Assembly: GCA_014189685.1 (NCBI GenBank) | Contig: DVAB01000033.1 | Span: 2,298 to 34,297, forward strand | Length of the DNA stretch: 32,000 bases | Direction of reading: 5' to 3' | Source of the DNA: Candidatus Naiadarchaeum limnaeum | Lineage (GTDB): Archaea; Undinarchaeota; Undinarchaeia; Undinarchaeales; Naiadarchaeaceae | Shown here: positions 31,870 through 32,000 of the stretch, in pieces | Position numbering within the stretch: position 1 is the first letter of the stretch | How the letters are laid out: each line of letters opens with the position of its first letter | The notes under the pieces: generated by a model | Told to the model about the DNA's origin: nothing | The model's database searches: none | Seen by the model: only the letters and a program-made list of their open reading frames with translations | Position numbers and translations under genes: made by a program

Positions 31870-32000
31870 GCTTTGAAGTAGCTTAACTTAAGCTCCTGTC
31901 CGGTTTTTATATCTTTTGTTACTTTTTTTCCAACAACTTTTTTGTAATCAGATGACTTTAAACTGCTCTCGGGTCTCATAAAAGCTAACATCCCAATTTT
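31866..32000 (-). CDS. C-terminal fragment of a NeuB-family nonulosonic (sialic/legionaminic/pseudaminic) acid synthase; gene continues beyond the window
   Basis: Hand translation gives ..KIGMLAFMRPESSLKSSDYKKVVGKKVTKDIKTGQELKLSYFKA*, which resembles the SAF domain at the NeuB/PseI C-terminus (RP..G......GKK...DI..G..L). The stop overlaps the NeuD-like ATG (ATGA). Confidence 0.5.
   Translation of the reverse strand, partial: KIGMLAFMRPESSLKSSDYKKVVGKKVTKDIKTGQELKLSYFKA

Noticed and set aside
31196-31876. Two plus-strand ORFs (78 and 103 aa) opposite the NeuD-like gene
   Set aside because: They are shadow frames of a hexapeptide-repeat gene. The periodic Ile/Gly codons create open antisense frames rich in Pro/Ile/Phe/Thr, and there is no independent support.
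1-32000. Search for CRISPR arrays, IS elements or transposases, integrases, toxin-antitoxin pairs and rRNA genes
   Set aside because: No regularly spaced direct repeats, no terminal inverted repeats flanking an ORF, and no recombinase- or nuclease-like ORFs were seen. The only RHH domain is fused to an enzyme rather than paired with a toxin.

Overview
AT-rich archaeal chromosomal window, roughly one-third GC by eye. It is very compact: about 95% coding by my hand tally, with many ATGA/TAATG start-stop overlaps and convergent genes that touch or overlap. A small-genome (DPANN-like) host is only an inference.

Gene content, left to right:
- An S-layer glycoprotein gene with a strong terminator, a membrane-anchored hypothetical protein, Trm5 and a second surface protein.
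- A membrane-lipid locus: a GbsR/MarR-type regulator translationally coupled to CDP-archaeol synthase, divergent from a Tes/GDGT-MAS-like radical SAM enzyme.
- Three orphan ORFs, then FEN1, a PRTase, DUF371, Mpg glycosylase and an M24 peptidase.
- tRNA-Leu(CAG), aEF-1beta with its Zn-ribbon partner, and two ORFs under 60 aa that the ORF track misses.
- A tpiA-pgk-gap operon, a secreted beta-propeller, TraB, Pth2 and TruD.
- An ~11.5 kb glycosylation island (20424-32000) headed by AglB. It carries a WbpB-like dehydrogenase, a WbpD-like acetyltransferase, a GT2, a B12-binding radical SAM, an SDR epimerase, a GT39-like GT-C and an RHH-nucleotidyltransferase fusion. A convergent NeuB/NeuD-like nonulosonic-acid module closes it.

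Most unusual observations:
1. A three-member family of GC-rich, hairpin-bearing elements occupies exactly the three longest non-coding tracts (2418-2525, 3996-4130, 13164-13269). The copies share modules in a mosaic way, each ends in a conserved T-run, and I cannot assign them to any known RNA or mobile-element class.
2. A ribbon-helix-helix domain is fused to a sugar nucleotidyltransferase. It is preceded by a symmetric AGTAT/ATACT array with 10-bp spacing, centred on the TATA box.
3. A class-B radical SAM and a second GT-C enzyme sit inside the AglB island.

I saw no rRNA, CRISPR array, transposase or integrase.
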